The notes beneath the pieces were generated by a model. That model saw only the letters and a program-made list of their open reading frames with translations, was not told the DNA's origin and made no database searches. The translations under genes were made by a program, and so were the position numbers. A stretch of 62,658 bases of DNA. Origin: a virus (taxonomy: Duplodnaviria > Caudoviricetes). Positions 48,328-57,800 of the stretch are shown piece by piece. How positions within the stretch are numbered: position 1 is the stretch's first letter; the number at the start of each line of letters is the position of its first letter. The stretch covers positions 1 through 62,658 of the IMG/VR virus record IMGVR_UViG_3300020201_000019, one strand, 5' to 3'.

Positions 48328-48930
48328 TTACTCGGCCATCGGCGGAGTAGTGGGCGGCGTAATTCGCCGCGGACGGCCACGGGCACCCGGCGCCACACCC
48401 ATACCGCGTAATGTCACGCTTACCTGCGACGCACTCACAATTACGCCCTTATCTTTGAGCTGCGCAATAATGTCACGCGGGCGTAGTTCCAGCCCGCCGG
48501 CTTTTCGATCGGCAATTACATCACGAATCTCACAAGCCTTGGTCCTTTTGAGGACTCCGGCAGTAATTGGACTAGTTATACTCATTTTCTTTTCCTTTGG
48601 CGGATTAGCTGGCTCAGTGGCCGTGGCTGAAGCATCATCAGCATAATCATCATCATCCTCTTCGTCTTCTTCTTCTTCTTCGTCTTCTTCTTCGTCTTCT
48701 TCTTCTTCGTCTTCGTCTTCTTCTTCGTCTTCTTCTTCTTCTTCGTCTTCTTCGTCTTCTTCTTCTTCTTCTGTGTACTCTTCTTCATCGCTTTCCGCGG
48801 CTGCCAGAGCTACACGCTCAAGTAGTACTTCAACTGCCGCGTCGTCTAAATCGTCATCATCATCATCCCACTGACTCCTGCTCATTGCATTCATTTTTTT
48901 AACCACTGTGTCCTCCAAAATTGGTAACAA
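48328..48930 (-). CDS. Acidic-tract protein with C-terminal putative DNA-binding domain
   Basis: Long E/D run then KACEIRDVI...RPRDIIAQLKDKGVIVSASQVSVTL and AT-hook-like RGRPR. Confidence 0.7.
   Translation of the reverse strand: MLPILEDTVVKKMNAMSRSQWDDDDDDLDDAAVEVLLERVALAAAESDEEEYTEEEEEDEEDEEEEEDEEEDEDEEEEDEEEDEEEEEDEEDDDDYADDASATATEPANPPKEKKMSITSPITAGVLKRTKACEIRDVIADRKAGGLELRPRDIIAQLKDKGVIVSASQVSVTLRGMGVAPGARGRPRRITPPTTPPMAE
48650..48790. repeat. TTC/GTC trinucleotide low-complexity tract encoding poly-Glu/Asp
   Basis: Directly visible. Confidence 0.95.
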
Positions 48931-49004
48931 TACTCGGCATATGCTTATGTAAGAAATACTAGCCTGTTTTTCTTACATATAAAGGCTATCAGTCTATCTT
49001 AGCG

Positions 49005-49268
49005 CTATGCGTCCGCAATGAAAGCGAAATATACGCGAGGCTCATCGATAAATCCGACTGTTCCGCGTTTACCGTCAGATTTGCGGATAACTTCAACTGT
49101 GGCTCCGGTAAATTGATGCGCCTCGAAGTCGGTTAACAGCTCGACACCGTTCCACGTATCCGTGTAGTTCCTATGGAGATCTACACGTACCTGCTCCTCG
49201 GTCAATCCGGCATAGCGCTTGCGTAATTTTTCGATAATGATGGCGTCTACGTTAAGCGTGGCTGGCAC
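49005..49268 (-). CDS. Small hypothetical protein (W...EL..DFE...F.....V.RKSDGKRG...F...PR.YF.F)
   Basis: Pattern recalled from small planctomycete and phage proteins. Confidence 0.6.
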   Translation of the reverse strand: MPATLNVDAIIIEKLRKRYAGLTEEQVRVDLHRNYTDTWNGVELLTDFEAHQFTGATVEVIRKSDGKRGTVGFIDEPRVYFAFIADA

Positions 49269-49746
49269 TAGTCTGCTCCTGAGTTTGATCGCCAGTAGCG
49301 CCTCCGCCCATGTCGTCCGATTGCGTTAGTTCCAGAATTGCTGTTTGAGCCTTAATCTCTTCAGCCAGATTGCGCGACAGTTGCTGAAACTGCTTTAATT
49401 GCGTAAATAAATCACGATGTATATCAGAGCCAAATTCGGCTAATGCTGTGAGTGCCTGCATAAGCCCGCCCATAAACGGTGTGTTCTCATTCCGCAGCCG
49501 GAGCAGTCCATTTGGAATATTAGCCAACTTAGGCGACCAGAGCGGGATAATCACAATACCCTGTAATTCTGGAATATGCCGTAACATGGCTTCAGAGAAT
49601 TTATTTGCATGACTAAATAGCAGCAAATCGCATGGTGGTTTTTCTGATTCGATCGTGGCGCCAACTGGTACTGGCGTGCTCGTCGGTAGTGGCGAGGCTG
49701 GTAGGGCAGATTCCGGTGTTACGGCTTCAGGGTTAAGTTGCGTCAT
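49252..49746 (-). CDS. Hypothetical protein (164 aa)
   Basis: Coupled ORF. Confidence 0.65.
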   Translation of the reverse strand: MTQLNPEAVTPESALPASPLPTSTPVPVGATIESEKPPCDLLLFSHANKFSEAMLRHIPELQGIVIIPLWSPKLANIPNGLLRLRNENTPFMGGLMQALTALAEFGSDIHRDLFTQLKQFQQLSRNLAEEIKAQTAILELTQSDDMGGGATGDQTQEQTSASHA

Positions 49747-50080
49747 ACTTCATAGTCCTTGGTAGAAAACCTTCAATTAGCGTAGTTGCGCGCGTTGCCG
49801 CCCAACCGAAGATGACTGCACGAATTAGCCCGGCTACAACACCTGGATAACCATCGGCAATCATTAATATTATGTAAAGATATACTGGGATATGGTAACT
49901 TTTGCAAAATGGGCACGCGAGTAATTCAGTCCATAGCCACGTGAATGACCCGTATTTGGCATCATCTTGATATGTTTGCGCAGTGGCTCGTAGTGTGGCG
50001 AAGATACTACCTTTGTGCCACACTTCTATAATCGCGCCAGTTGCGAGTATAACGGCGATCAGGTTAACGAGTTTATCCAT
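49733..50080 (-). CDS. Membrane protein, DUF1360-like
   Basis: Hydrophobic segments around ELLACPFC. Confidence 0.55.
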   Translation of the reverse strand: MDKLVNLIAVILATGAIIEVWHKGSIFATLRATAQTYQDDAKYGSFTWLWTELLACPFCKSYHIPVYLYIILMIADGYPGVVAGLIRAVIFGWAATRATTLIEGFLPRTMKYDAT

Positions 50081-50084
50081 GATG

Positions 50085-50306
50085 CTAGTGTTTGCGCTTG
50101 TGTTTGTGATGTGTGCTCTTATGTGCTCGTCCGCTAGCGTTGACGTAAATCAGTCCAAAATAGATTAGGCAAGCAACGGCAAAAATGCCGCCAAATCCAA
50201 GTGTAGGCGAGCAAATAAAACTTGCAAGAATAAAGAAACCTGCGAATGCTATTAATGTTTCCCCTGATGTCCCGCTCATGGTGAGTATTGATCTCCAAAT
50301 GGCCAC
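50085..50306 (-). CDS. Small two-TM membrane protein with basic tail
   Basis: Two hydrophobic helices, His/Lys tail. Confidence 0.55.
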   Translation of the reverse strand: MAIWRSILTMSGTSGETLIAFAGFFILASFICSPTLGFGGIFAVACLIYFGLIYVNASGRAHKSTHHKHKRKH

Positions 50307-50500
50307 GCTACAGTCTGTGTATTATCAGGATCTGTGGCGGCATGGTTAGGCGTTGGCCCGGGGTACGGCGGTTTTAACTTCAATGTAATAGGTGGGTTTT
50401 GGTCTAAGTTGATATACGGTCCCGGGCCACGTAATGTGCTACGTATTGCGGGCTGTCGTCTTTCTTGATACAATTTAGCGTTTCTACTGATGTAGGCCAT
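50276..50500 (-). CDS. Hypothetical protein (74 aa)
   Basis: GGAG RBS; short and overlapping. Confidence 0.35.
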   Translation of the reverse strand: MAYISRNAKLYQERRQPAIRSTLRGPGPYINLDQNPPITLKLKPPYPGPTPNHAATDPDNTQTVAWPFGDQYSP

Positions 50501-50757
50501 TGTCGTCTCCGTTTACGTTTACGTTTACGTGGGTAGATATATCTAGTAGTATACTCACCACGTAGCGGAAATGTTTCAGATGTTTCAGCGTATTGGGGTG
50601 CGACCGTCACGCTTAGCAGCAATTGGCATACACTCAGAAATAGAAGAGAAATGCTTTTTATCAGAATAAGTCCCAGTAAACCAATCCCATCTTCTAGCCA
50701 TTGAAGCTCTCCGTCGTCCTTGTCGGGATAGTAATTCTGACCGTTGAACTTACCCAT
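50404..50757 (-). CDS. Putative membrane protein with basic cluster
   Basis: Hydrophobic stretch then RKRKRKRRR. Confidence 0.5.
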   Translation of the reverse strand: MGKFNGQNYYPDKDDGELQWLEDGIGLLGLILIKSISLLFLSVCQLLLSVTVAPQYAETSETFPLRGEYTTRYIYPRKRKRKRRRQWPTSVETLNCIKKDDSPQYVAHYVARDRIST

Positions 50758-50771
50758 TTAGGTCACCATTT

Positions 50772-52688
50772 ATGTCGCAGGAACAATCCCTGCCGATAGA
50801 AGAAGTAATCGACACAGCTTCGGCTGGTGTGCGGGCCCTTCTTCAGGAATTTGTATCGCTCGACGTATCTGATCCACATGCCTTTAAAAGTCGAGCGCAT
50901 TTGCTCCAGGCATTGGCAGCTCAGAAATGCTTCCCATCTCTTGAGCCGATATTACCGCTGGTCTTAAATCTTAACGGTAAACCATATTCTCTACGCGATC
51001 ATTATCCCTTCGCACCACTTTTCCGATTACTGATGCCAAAAAATCAGGTATGGAAAACTGGGCGGCAGTTGAGCAAGTCTACGTCGCTCGCGGCCCACGG
51101 CGTTGTTGTAGCTAATAGCCTGCCATTCTTCAAGACGTTGTATGTCACCCCGCTATTCGAGCAGATTCGGCGATTTAGCAACAACTATGTTCGCCCGTTC
51201 ATAGATCAGTCGCCCGTCAAATCACAGTGGAGCGGGACTGATACCGAGAACTCAGTATTACAGCGAAGTTTCAAGAATAAGTCTCTAATGCTGTTTTCGT
51301 ACGCACTCATGGATGCCGATCGTGTTCGAGGTGTGAGTTCTGACCGCGTATGCATCGATGAAATTCAGGACATGGATCCAGACCATATTCCTATTATTCA
51401 AGAGACGATGTCATATTCACACTACGCCATCACGCACTTTACTGGAACACCAAAGTCGGTTGACAATCCTCTCGAGGGTTTATACCGGCAGAGCAGTATG
51501 GGCGAGTGGTTTATACCGTGCAAATCATGCCGGCACTGGAACATACCGTCAATCGATCATGACCTGGACGCTATGATAGGTCCATTCAACATACACATTA
51601 GTGAGAAGTATCCTGGAACTATATGCGCAAAATGCCGTAAGCCAATTAATCCGAGACACGGGCGCTGGGTGCATCGGTATAAGGATAAGCGCTGGCAGTT
51701 CTCCGGTTACCATGTGCCGCAGTTGTTATTACCGCTCCACTTTTCCGATCCTGAGAAATGGAATACGTTGCTGCTAAAACGTGAAGGTTTCGGCAACATG
51801 ACAAAAGCGCAATTCTATAATGAGGTACTTGGCGAATCCGTCGATGCTGGTCAAAAGATTATCACGGAGACAGAACTCCGATCCGCATGCGTATTGCCGT
51901 GGGAGAATACGCCAGAGCCTGCTCCAAACTGTTTAGTAAATTTGCGCCATTATAAACATCGTATCTTAGCCGTGGACTGGGGCGGTGGCGGTGAGGCCGG
52001 AATATCATTCACTGTCATGGCCGTCTTAGGTTTTCGGCATGACGGCTCTATCGACGTTCTCTGGGGTAAACGATTGCTTATCGGCTCAGACCATCTAGCC
52101 GAGGCAGTCGAATGCATGAAGTGGGCTAAGCAATTTCAAATTGATTTCGTCGCCCACGACTATACCGGCGCCGGCACTGTGCGAGAAACAGTTATGGTTC
52201 AAGCTGGCTTTAATCTTGAACGCGTCATGGCCTTACGCCTTGTCCGGGCGGCGAGCCAGGATATTATGGTGTTTAAGCCCGCTACACCCATTAATCACCG
52301 ACAGCATTATTCGTTAGACAAGACTAGATCGATACTATACACCTGTCAGGCGATTAAGTTGAAAATGGTTAAGTTCTTCTCGTGGGATCGAGCATCAAAA
52401 GAGAACCCCGGCCTCATTGGCGACTTCTTAGCGCTTATCGAGAATAAAACAGAATCCAGACTTGGCGGCGATATTTATACCATTACGCGTAACGTGCTAC
52501 TGAGCGACGACTTTGCGCAAGCAGTAAATATCGGATGCGCCGCGGCTTGGCATGTTAATGACGCATGGCCTAATTTCGCCCAACTCGCTGGAATAGGCGC
52601 AATTGCCGCAAGCGCGCAGATGACGCAAGAAACAGACAGTTGGGATAATGGCGATATGGATGGTAGATATTTTTCTGGCGGCTACTAG
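50772..52688 (+). CDS. terL: Terminase large subunit (GpA-like, with Zn-finger insertion)
   Basis: KTGRQLSKST Walker A variant, DRVRG...IDEIQD Walker B, TGTP coupling motif, CKSC...CAKC, FYNEVLG, nuclease LAVDWG and DDFAQA. Confidence 0.9.
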   Translation: MSQEQSLPIEEVIDTASAGVRALLQEFVSLDVSDPHAFKSRAHLLQALAAQKCFPSLEPILPLVLNLNGKPYSLRDHYPFAPLFRLLMPKNQVWKTGRQLSKSTSLAAHGVVVANSLPFFKTLYVTPLFEQIRRFSNNYVRPFIDQSPVKSQWSGTDTENSVLQRSFKNKSLMLFSYALMDADRVRGVSSDRVCIDEIQDMDPDHIPIIQETMSYSHYAITHFTGTPKSVDNPLEGLYRQSSMGEWFIPCKSCRHWNIPSIDHDLDAMIGPFNIHISEKYPGTICAKCRKPINPRHGRWVHRYKDKRWQFSGYHVPQLLLPLHFSDPEKWNTLLLKREGFGNMTKAQFYNEVLGESVDAGQKIITETELRSACVLPWENTPEPAPNCLVNLRHYKHRILAVDWGGGGEAGISFTVMAVLGFRHDGSIDVLWGKRLLIGSDHLAEAVECMKWAKQFQIDFVAHDYTGAGTVRETVMVQAGFNLERVMALRLVRAASQDIMVFKPATPINHRQHYSLDKTRSILYTCQAIKLKMVKFFSWDRASKENPGLIGDFLALIENKTESRLGGDIYTITRNVLLSDDFAQAVNIGCAAAWHVNDAWPNFAQLAGIGAIAASAQMTQETDSWDNGDMDGRYFSGGY

Positions 52689-52691
52689 TAA

Positions 52692-53012
52692 TTAGCCTAA
52701 TCCTCTAGACGCTGCAACCAGGGCATCATAGGCGCCACGTGCCATGATGCGCTCGCGAGCCGCTGCTCGTAATTTTGCCATATGGGCTATGTACGCCGGA
52801 TCTGCGCTTACAAGCGTTTCCGCGCTAGTTACGCTATGCGGCTTACCTGTCAATTTATTATCGCCACGCGCCATTATACGCCCGATAGCCTCTGACTTAA
52901 TTTCACCGCGGCCGTCTTCTAGTTCCATCTCATTGCCAACTGCTCGGGCCAGATCCGCCGATGCTTTATTGATCATAGTGTGAAGTGTATCTGCATTCCA
53001 TGTAATTGACAT
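52692..53012 (-). CDS. Small helical protein (weakly UvsY-like)
   Basis: AETLVSADPAY helical pattern; low certainty. Confidence 0.5.
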   Translation of the reverse strand: MSITWNADTLHTMINKASADLARAVGNEMELEDGRGEIKSEAIGRIMARGDNKLTGKPHSVTSAETLVSADPAYIAHMAKLRAAARERIMARGAYDALVAASRGLG

Positions 53013-53020
53013 ACGATTCC

Positions 53021-53287
53021 TTAGAAAAATGCGTGTAAACGATTAATAGCTTTTGGCGGGGTAATATTCGTATAGCCGAGTATCTCGAACACTGCGACTA
53101 TGCGGCGATTCGTCTCATCGATCGGATCGCCAATCTGTAAATCAAATGTCTTATTTGTCTGATTAATCGCAAACGCGCTCCCGTTATCCGGAATTGCCCA
53201 GACTGCTTCATCTTTAACTGCGCGTAAAAGATTCTTTTGCCAAATAATATCAGCCTCGGACGGGGCCCACTCAGTTACCGGAAGCAT
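53021..53287 (-). CDS. Hypothetical protein
   Basis: GGAGG RBS before MLPVTEW. Confidence 0.6.
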   Translation of the reverse strand: MLPVTEWAPSEADIIWQKNLLRAVKDEAVWAIPDNGSAFAINQTNKTFDLQIGDPIDETNRRIVAVFEILGYTNITPPKAINRLHAFF

Positions 53288-53957
53288 CAGCACCTCCGCC
53301 GGATAGTGGATTACTGTTAGCCGACTTCGCTGCTTTCTTCGCTGCTTTCTTCGCTGCTTTCTCATTTAAAATGACATTTATCGCAGCGTGACCTTTTTCT
53401 GCCACATTAAATGTAAACGCATCAGCCTCATCATCGAATGCGCAGTCCAGTAAATCCTCGGCGACCGCGGCTTGCGTAATATTTGATAGAATACGGTTAA
53501 GTACTGCTGACGTTAATTTAGACATTGACGCATGAGCCTCTTCGGGCGAGAAACCGCCGATGGCGTATACACCGGCTGGCGCGCCGGCGGTTGCGTCGTT
53601 ATTGCTGCATTCTTTAATAATCTGCTCAAGTTCCTCACACGATAAGAATTGCCGCTGCACGCGCAAGCTCTTGAACGATTTCTTGATTTCTTTCTGTTTC
53701 TTCTTGCTGGCATTTAGGCGCACATCTAATAAGCCACTAAACAGAACCAGCGCTTTATCGCGGAAGGCTGGTATTGATACCGCATTTTGCATTATTTCTT
53801 CTTGTTCAGCGCGGTCTTTAGACTCATATGACCACGTCCCGCCATCATCGTCATCGTCATCGGCATCGTCATCGGCATTGAACATGTGTAGCTCATCCGT
53901 GTGTTGGTGAAAGTTACTGGTCCGCATTTCTCGTGCAGTAGTCAAAACACTGCTCAT
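53271..53957 (-). CDS. Hypothetical protein with poly-Asp segment and (KAAK)3 tail
   Basis: 12-bp unit TTCGCTGCTTTC three times near 53326..53361. Confidence 0.65.
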   Translation of the reverse strand: MSSVLTTAREMRTSNFHQHTDELHMFNADDDADDDDDDGGTWSYESKDRAEQEEIMQNAVSIPAFRDKALVLFSGLLDVRLNASKKKQKEIKKSFKSLRVQRQFLSCEELEQIIKECSNNDATAGAPAGVYAIGGFSPEEAHASMSKLTSAVLNRILSNITQAAVAEDLLDCAFDDEADAFTFNVAEKGHAAINVILNEKAAKKAAKKAAKSANSNPLSGGGADASGN

Positions 53958-54201
53958 TTAAATCGCATTCAGCCAGTTGTTCTCGCATTGTACGTTGACG
54001 TTTTGGGAATTTATATGGGTGGCACAGGTCGCAGCGACAAATACCGCACCCACCGGCTCTACGCGCCTTTCGGAAACTATTCTCCGGCGGCGCAGTAACA
54101 ACAGTGTTACAGTTACCGCTCGAGCTATGCTGTCGGCTATCCCGCGCATACAGCTTAGCCCTATGTTTGGCGATATGTTTCTCGTCATTAGCTCGTTTCA
54201 T
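53914..54201 (-). CDS. Small basic Cys-cluster protein
   Basis: GCGICRCDLCHPYK; start MKRAND overlaps GNAT stop. Confidence 0.55.
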   Translation of the reverse strand: MKRANDEKHIAKHRAKLYARDSRQHSSSGNCNTVVTAPPENSFRKARRAGGCGICRCDLCHPYKFPKRQRTMREQLAECDLNEQCFDYCTRNADQ

Positions 54202-54685
54202 GTTCGAACCCCGTATTAACAAGAATGACATTATTGCAGCCAATATTTTTTGCAATTTGTACAGCATTTGGGTGGTATGCGGCCACTGGCGCATCTCGTT
54301 TTAGTACGCCAGCTACAACAAGTGCTTGTGCGCCTAATTGGGCTAAACCCCTACGCCTTAGCTCTGGGTCAGTAAAACACTCTAAGGTTTGCACCGACGC
54401 CGGCTGGCCATCCATTATCTCCACCCATTGTCGAGTACCAACCCAGCCGACTAATAATGAATTATAGCAAATTAACGCTATAAACATGTCGCCACGCTCG
54501 ACGCCATCTGGCGCAATATACCGATTTAGTAGCTCTTCGCGCATAGAGCCTATACCGGATTTATAGTCACGCCAACATAAGCGCTCGTATATAGTTGACA
54601 CTACATCAGCGTTAAGCTCATTAATGCTGACGATTTTTATGTCAAAAGCTGTCATTAGTAACTCCGTAGCATTAGAGTCTACCAT
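54188..54685 (-). CDS. GNAT-family acetyltransferase
   Basis: FTDPELRRRGLA acetyl-CoA binding motif. Confidence 0.7.
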   Translation of the reverse strand: MVDSNATELLMTAFDIKIVSINELNADVVSTIYERLCWRDYKSGIGSMREELLNRYIAPDGVERGDMFIALICYNSLLVGWVGTRQWVEIMDGQPASVQTLECFTDPELRRRGLAQLGAQALVVAGVLKRDAPVAAYHPNAVQIAKNIGCNNVILVNTGFEHETS

Positions 54686-54692
54686 ACAGACT

Positions 54693-54763
54693 AGCCCCTA
54701 GAAGGAGTCGAACCCTCATCAGCTGATTACAAATCAGACGCACTACCATTGTGCTATAGGGGC
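54693..54763 (-). tRNA. tRNA-Thr(UGU), no encoded CCA
   Basis: GCCCCTA/TAGGGGC acceptor, GCAC-AATGGTA-GTGC, loop TTTGTAA, GAGGG-TTCGACT-CCTTC; T27.C43 mismatch. Confidence 0.9.
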
Positions 54764-54768
54764 GCAGC

Positions 54769-55134
54769 CTAATCATCAATATCGAATAGATCTTCATCCT
54801 CGATATCGTCGCCGGCTAATTTTTCGGTATCGCGCGTATACTCGTCGTCGCCGTCGTCGGCATCTAACCAGTCTAATCCGGTATTATCAGCCGGATCTGT
54901 CTGGTCATCGTCTTCAGCCGCAATGTCCTCATCCTCATCCTCATCCTCATCCTCGTCGTCGAACCACGTGATCGTAGGGGCTGGATATGCCGTATCGTCG
55001 TCTTCGTCGTCATCTGCGTCGCCCTCGACGAATTGCCACTCCTCCTCAATGAAGTCATCATTTGGGCTATCGCGCTTTGCGTCGATATGTGAAGTTATGC
55101 TCATGTGCCACTCTCTGAACCACTCAATCTGCAT
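54769..55134 (-). CDS. Very acidic small protein
   Basis: AGGAG RBS; roughly half D/E with interspersed aromatics. Confidence 0.7.
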   Translation of the reverse strand: MQIEWFREWHMSITSHIDAKRDSPNDDFIEEEWQFVEGDADDDEDDDTAYPAPTITWFDDEDEDEDEDEDIAAEDDDQTDPADNTGLDWLDADDGDDEYTRDTEKLAGDDIEDEDLFDIDD

Positions 55135-55145
55135 AGTTTTACTCC

Positions 55146-57800
55146 TTATCCTACGCCACGTTTACTCAAACTATCTCCACCGGCTTTTTCTTGGTAATTT
55201 TTCCAGATACCGTCGCACCAGTCTCTATCGACGATAAGTCCGGGTAAACGCATAACTGTTTGCTCGCCTACTAGTAACCCTGCCCGATCAAGGATATTCA
55301 TTATTCCAATCCAGTTGGGCACAAGTCCACCAATCCGAATAAAATAACGATTTATAGCCAGTTGGTTCAACCACCAACCATCTTTATTGCGGATAATATA
55401 GCCCGTATCCTGCCCCCTTTTCCGGGCCGCCGGGAGCAAATTAAGTTGACGAGATAATATAGCCTCAGATACCGCGGTAATCAGCGAGACGTGCTCCTGT
55501 CCCGCCGTCCATGTTAATCTTTCGGCGCAGTCGAGATTGAACGAATTGCCGTAAGTTTGCATTAGCCACTCGTGCAGATTGCGTAAAACATCTCGAACAG
55601 AATCCGCGCGAAAGCGTGGGCCCCGTAATTGTAATACATGCCGGACATATGATGCGATTACCCCAGGTATACACGCATAATTACGAGACGTTACTGGCCC
55701 GCCATGGCTAGTTATCGCATTCCAACCAAAACTTAGTGCGCCTGTAACCGACGCACTGTTTAACCGCAATAGTGCAGGTTTGTTTGGGAAATGCACAATG
55801 CTGCGCATAAGTACTTTTGCGTGCCCTGGTACTCCTATTAGTTCCGGCCACGACTGTACGCTACGCATAGTGTTGTAAATTTGTGTCGATGTCGCACCAC
55901 CGTAGCCGCCATACGTAGCCGTAGTCACGCCAAGTGGCGCCAGTATAGCGCCCGCCTCTGCGAATAACTCACTATCAATACTGGCGCTTTGCGGTGGATA
56001 ACCAAATGCGGGCGCCAGCATCTGCGATAGTGCCACGGCTATAATAGCCCATACAGCCGCATTTTCGCTAGTAGGCGCGAGTAGGTCATACAGCTCGGCC
56101 GGCGCGATGGTATCCGGCTCGGGCCAGCTTAATGCGTCTTCCGGCCGTATGATAGGATACTGTTTCAGTAGTTTTACGTCACCCTCGCCGTTGATTGCGT
56201 ACTTACCGCAATAGAATGCGTGTGTTTGGTCATCCCAACCTAAGCCGCGGCGTGTTACGACTAATTCCGGTGGGTGGAATGACATCGTGGCTATATGCGC
56301 CCGCTTATTCCATGACGGCGTATAGAGTACTAGTTCGCCATGCGGTGCCAGCAATTGCGCGGCGTACGATAGCAGCCCGGGAAATTCAATTCGCTCGGAT
56401 TCATCCGTAAATGGGTAACGTTTGCCGTCTTTTTCGACATAGCCGGCGTAATACTTTTGATCTTCTGTATGTATTACCTGCTCTATTACTGGATTACAGT
56501 TGCATACTGTTAAACCACGCGCTGTACACCATATTCCATCTCGTACGTAATTACCAGATGAGATAGCGCCGTGATGTTCAACTGCTATAAAGTGAATTGA
56601 ATTGACTCGTTGGGTCAAGCTATCTACAGTTTCGGTAGGGAGGCCTGTCGTTCGCGCTAGGAAATCGCGCAGCTTATCCGGCACCATCGACAATCGGGCA
56701 ATAAAGCTTTGCAGCGCTATATCGCTTACACCCTTTATTACCTGCGATAACGTACCATGCCAGGTAGAAGCCGACTGGCATATCTGTTTGAGCGCCCGCA
56801 ATGTTTTATCTGGCGTAACAATACGCGGAAGCGCCGGTTTTTGTAGTGTGCATACATATCCTCGGCCATTCGCCGCCTGCGAGATTACCTCGGGGGTTAT
56901 GTTACGCGAGTAGAAGAAACGCTTAGTACGGCTTACATCCGTAAAACTATGTGCGGTACTGCTGATATCGCCGTCGGAGTAGCTGGCACATAGCGGCAGT
57001 AATGGCTGGTTATAGCGGACTTGCGTTAACTGCGCTTTAAGTGCCCACAATGGATCATCTACGATTATTTGCACATTTTTCGCTGTCTGGTGCGTAGAGT
57101 TGACGGCTTTACTTAGCATAAAATAACCGGCATCGCCTGAGCCCCTGGCCTGATACTTAGCAGCTAAGAACGTACGCTTAAAATCAAATTCTTCTTGGTA
57201 TTGCGCTAACATAAATCCTGAAATCCGGCCCGGTAATTCCTCATACGGCAAAACCATGAAAGGCCGTTTATTTTTCATACGTTTTGGAAATGGTACGCCC
57301 AGACCGGCCGCGAGCTCTGTTATCTGCGCCGCGGTAGCTATTCCGATAAAATTCTCACAGGCTGAATCCGCAGATATACCGAGATCCCTAAATTTAATTC
57401 CTAGAATATCATCACCATGCCGCCATAGCTGCTCTGCCGTAGTGCGCCAGAACTCGTCGTATATTTGCTGTATATGGGCATATTTCTGTCTCACGTCTAT
57501 TTGCCGCTGACCAGGAGGCCCGATTATGCCTAATTTATTAAATTTCTGGATAGCATCTAATAGGTTAATCTTCCAGATGTCGGCGGCAAATGTTATGATA
57601 TTCCCATGTGCCGCACAGTTGGTACAATTAAGCCATATGTCGCTTCTGGTAAAATCATCGTAAATACATAGCGATAGTTGGGCACAATGTGGGCAATTAA
57701 CAGCTGCCGGAAAATCGAGTGAATTTATGGCGAGGCCGGCCGCTGTTATGGCGTCTAAGTGATCTTTTCGAGGAATAATAATGGAGTGCGGTATACTCAT
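55146..57800 (-). CDS. Degenerate primase-helicase-like protein (Zn finger, TOPRIM-like, DUF927-like)
   Basis: CPHC...WLNCTNC..HGNII; MVLPY...GRISGF; IIVDDPLWAL; GLGWDD...FYCG; no Walker A seen. Confidence 0.5.
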   Translation of the reverse strand: MSIPHSIIIPRKDHLDAITAAGLAINSLDFPAAVNCPHCAQLSLCIYDDFTRSDIWLNCTNCAAHGNIITFAADIWKINLLDAIQKFNKLGIIGPPGQRQIDVRQKYAHIQQIYDEFWRTTAEQLWRHGDDILGIKFRDLGISADSACENFIGIATAAQITELAAGLGVPFPKRMKNKRPFMVLPYEELPGRISGFMLAQYQEEFDFKRTFLAAKYQARGSGDAGYFMLSKAVNSTHQTAKNVQIIVDDPLWALKAQLTQVRYNQPLLPLCASYSDGDISSTAHSFTDVSRTKRFFYSRNITPEVISQAANGRGYVCTLQKPALPRIVTPDKTLRALKQICQSASTWHGTLSQVIKGVSDIALQSFIARLSMVPDKLRDFLARTTGLPTETVDSLTQRVNSIHFIAVEHHGAISSGNYVRDGIWCTARGLTVCNCNPVIEQVIHTEDQKYYAGYVEKDGKRYPFTDESERIEFPGLLSYAAQLLAPHGELVLYTPSWNKRAHIATMSFHPPELVVTRRGLGWDDQTHAFYCGKYAINGEGDVKLLKQYPIIRPEDALSWPEPDTIAPAELYDLLAPTSENAAVWAIIAVALSQMLAPAFGYPPQSASIDSELFAEAGAILAPLGVTTATYGGYGGATSTQIYNTMRSVQSWPELIGVPGHAKVLMRSIVHFPNKPALLRLNSASVTGALSFGWNAITSHGGPVTSRNYACIPGVIASYVRHVLQLRGPRFRADSVRDVLRNLHEWLMQTYGNSFNLDCAERLTWTAGQEHVSLITAVSEAILSRQLNLLPAARKRGQDTGYIIRNKDGWWLNQLAINRYFIRIGGLVPNWIGIMNILDRAGLLVGEQTVMRLPGLIVDRDWCDGIWKNYQEKAGGDSLSKRGVG

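Noticed and set aside
48582-48788. Lys/Thr-rich 68-aa ORF
   Set aside because: Alternative-frame reading of the poly-Glu/Asp triplet tract
1064-50168. Numerous plus-strand ORFs of 60-200 aa in the track
   Set aside because: Antisense shadows of well-supported minus-strand genes, with no recognisable motifs
50085-50757. Holin/lysis cassette
   Set aside because: Small membrane proteins are present but no endolysin or spanin is recognisable nearby
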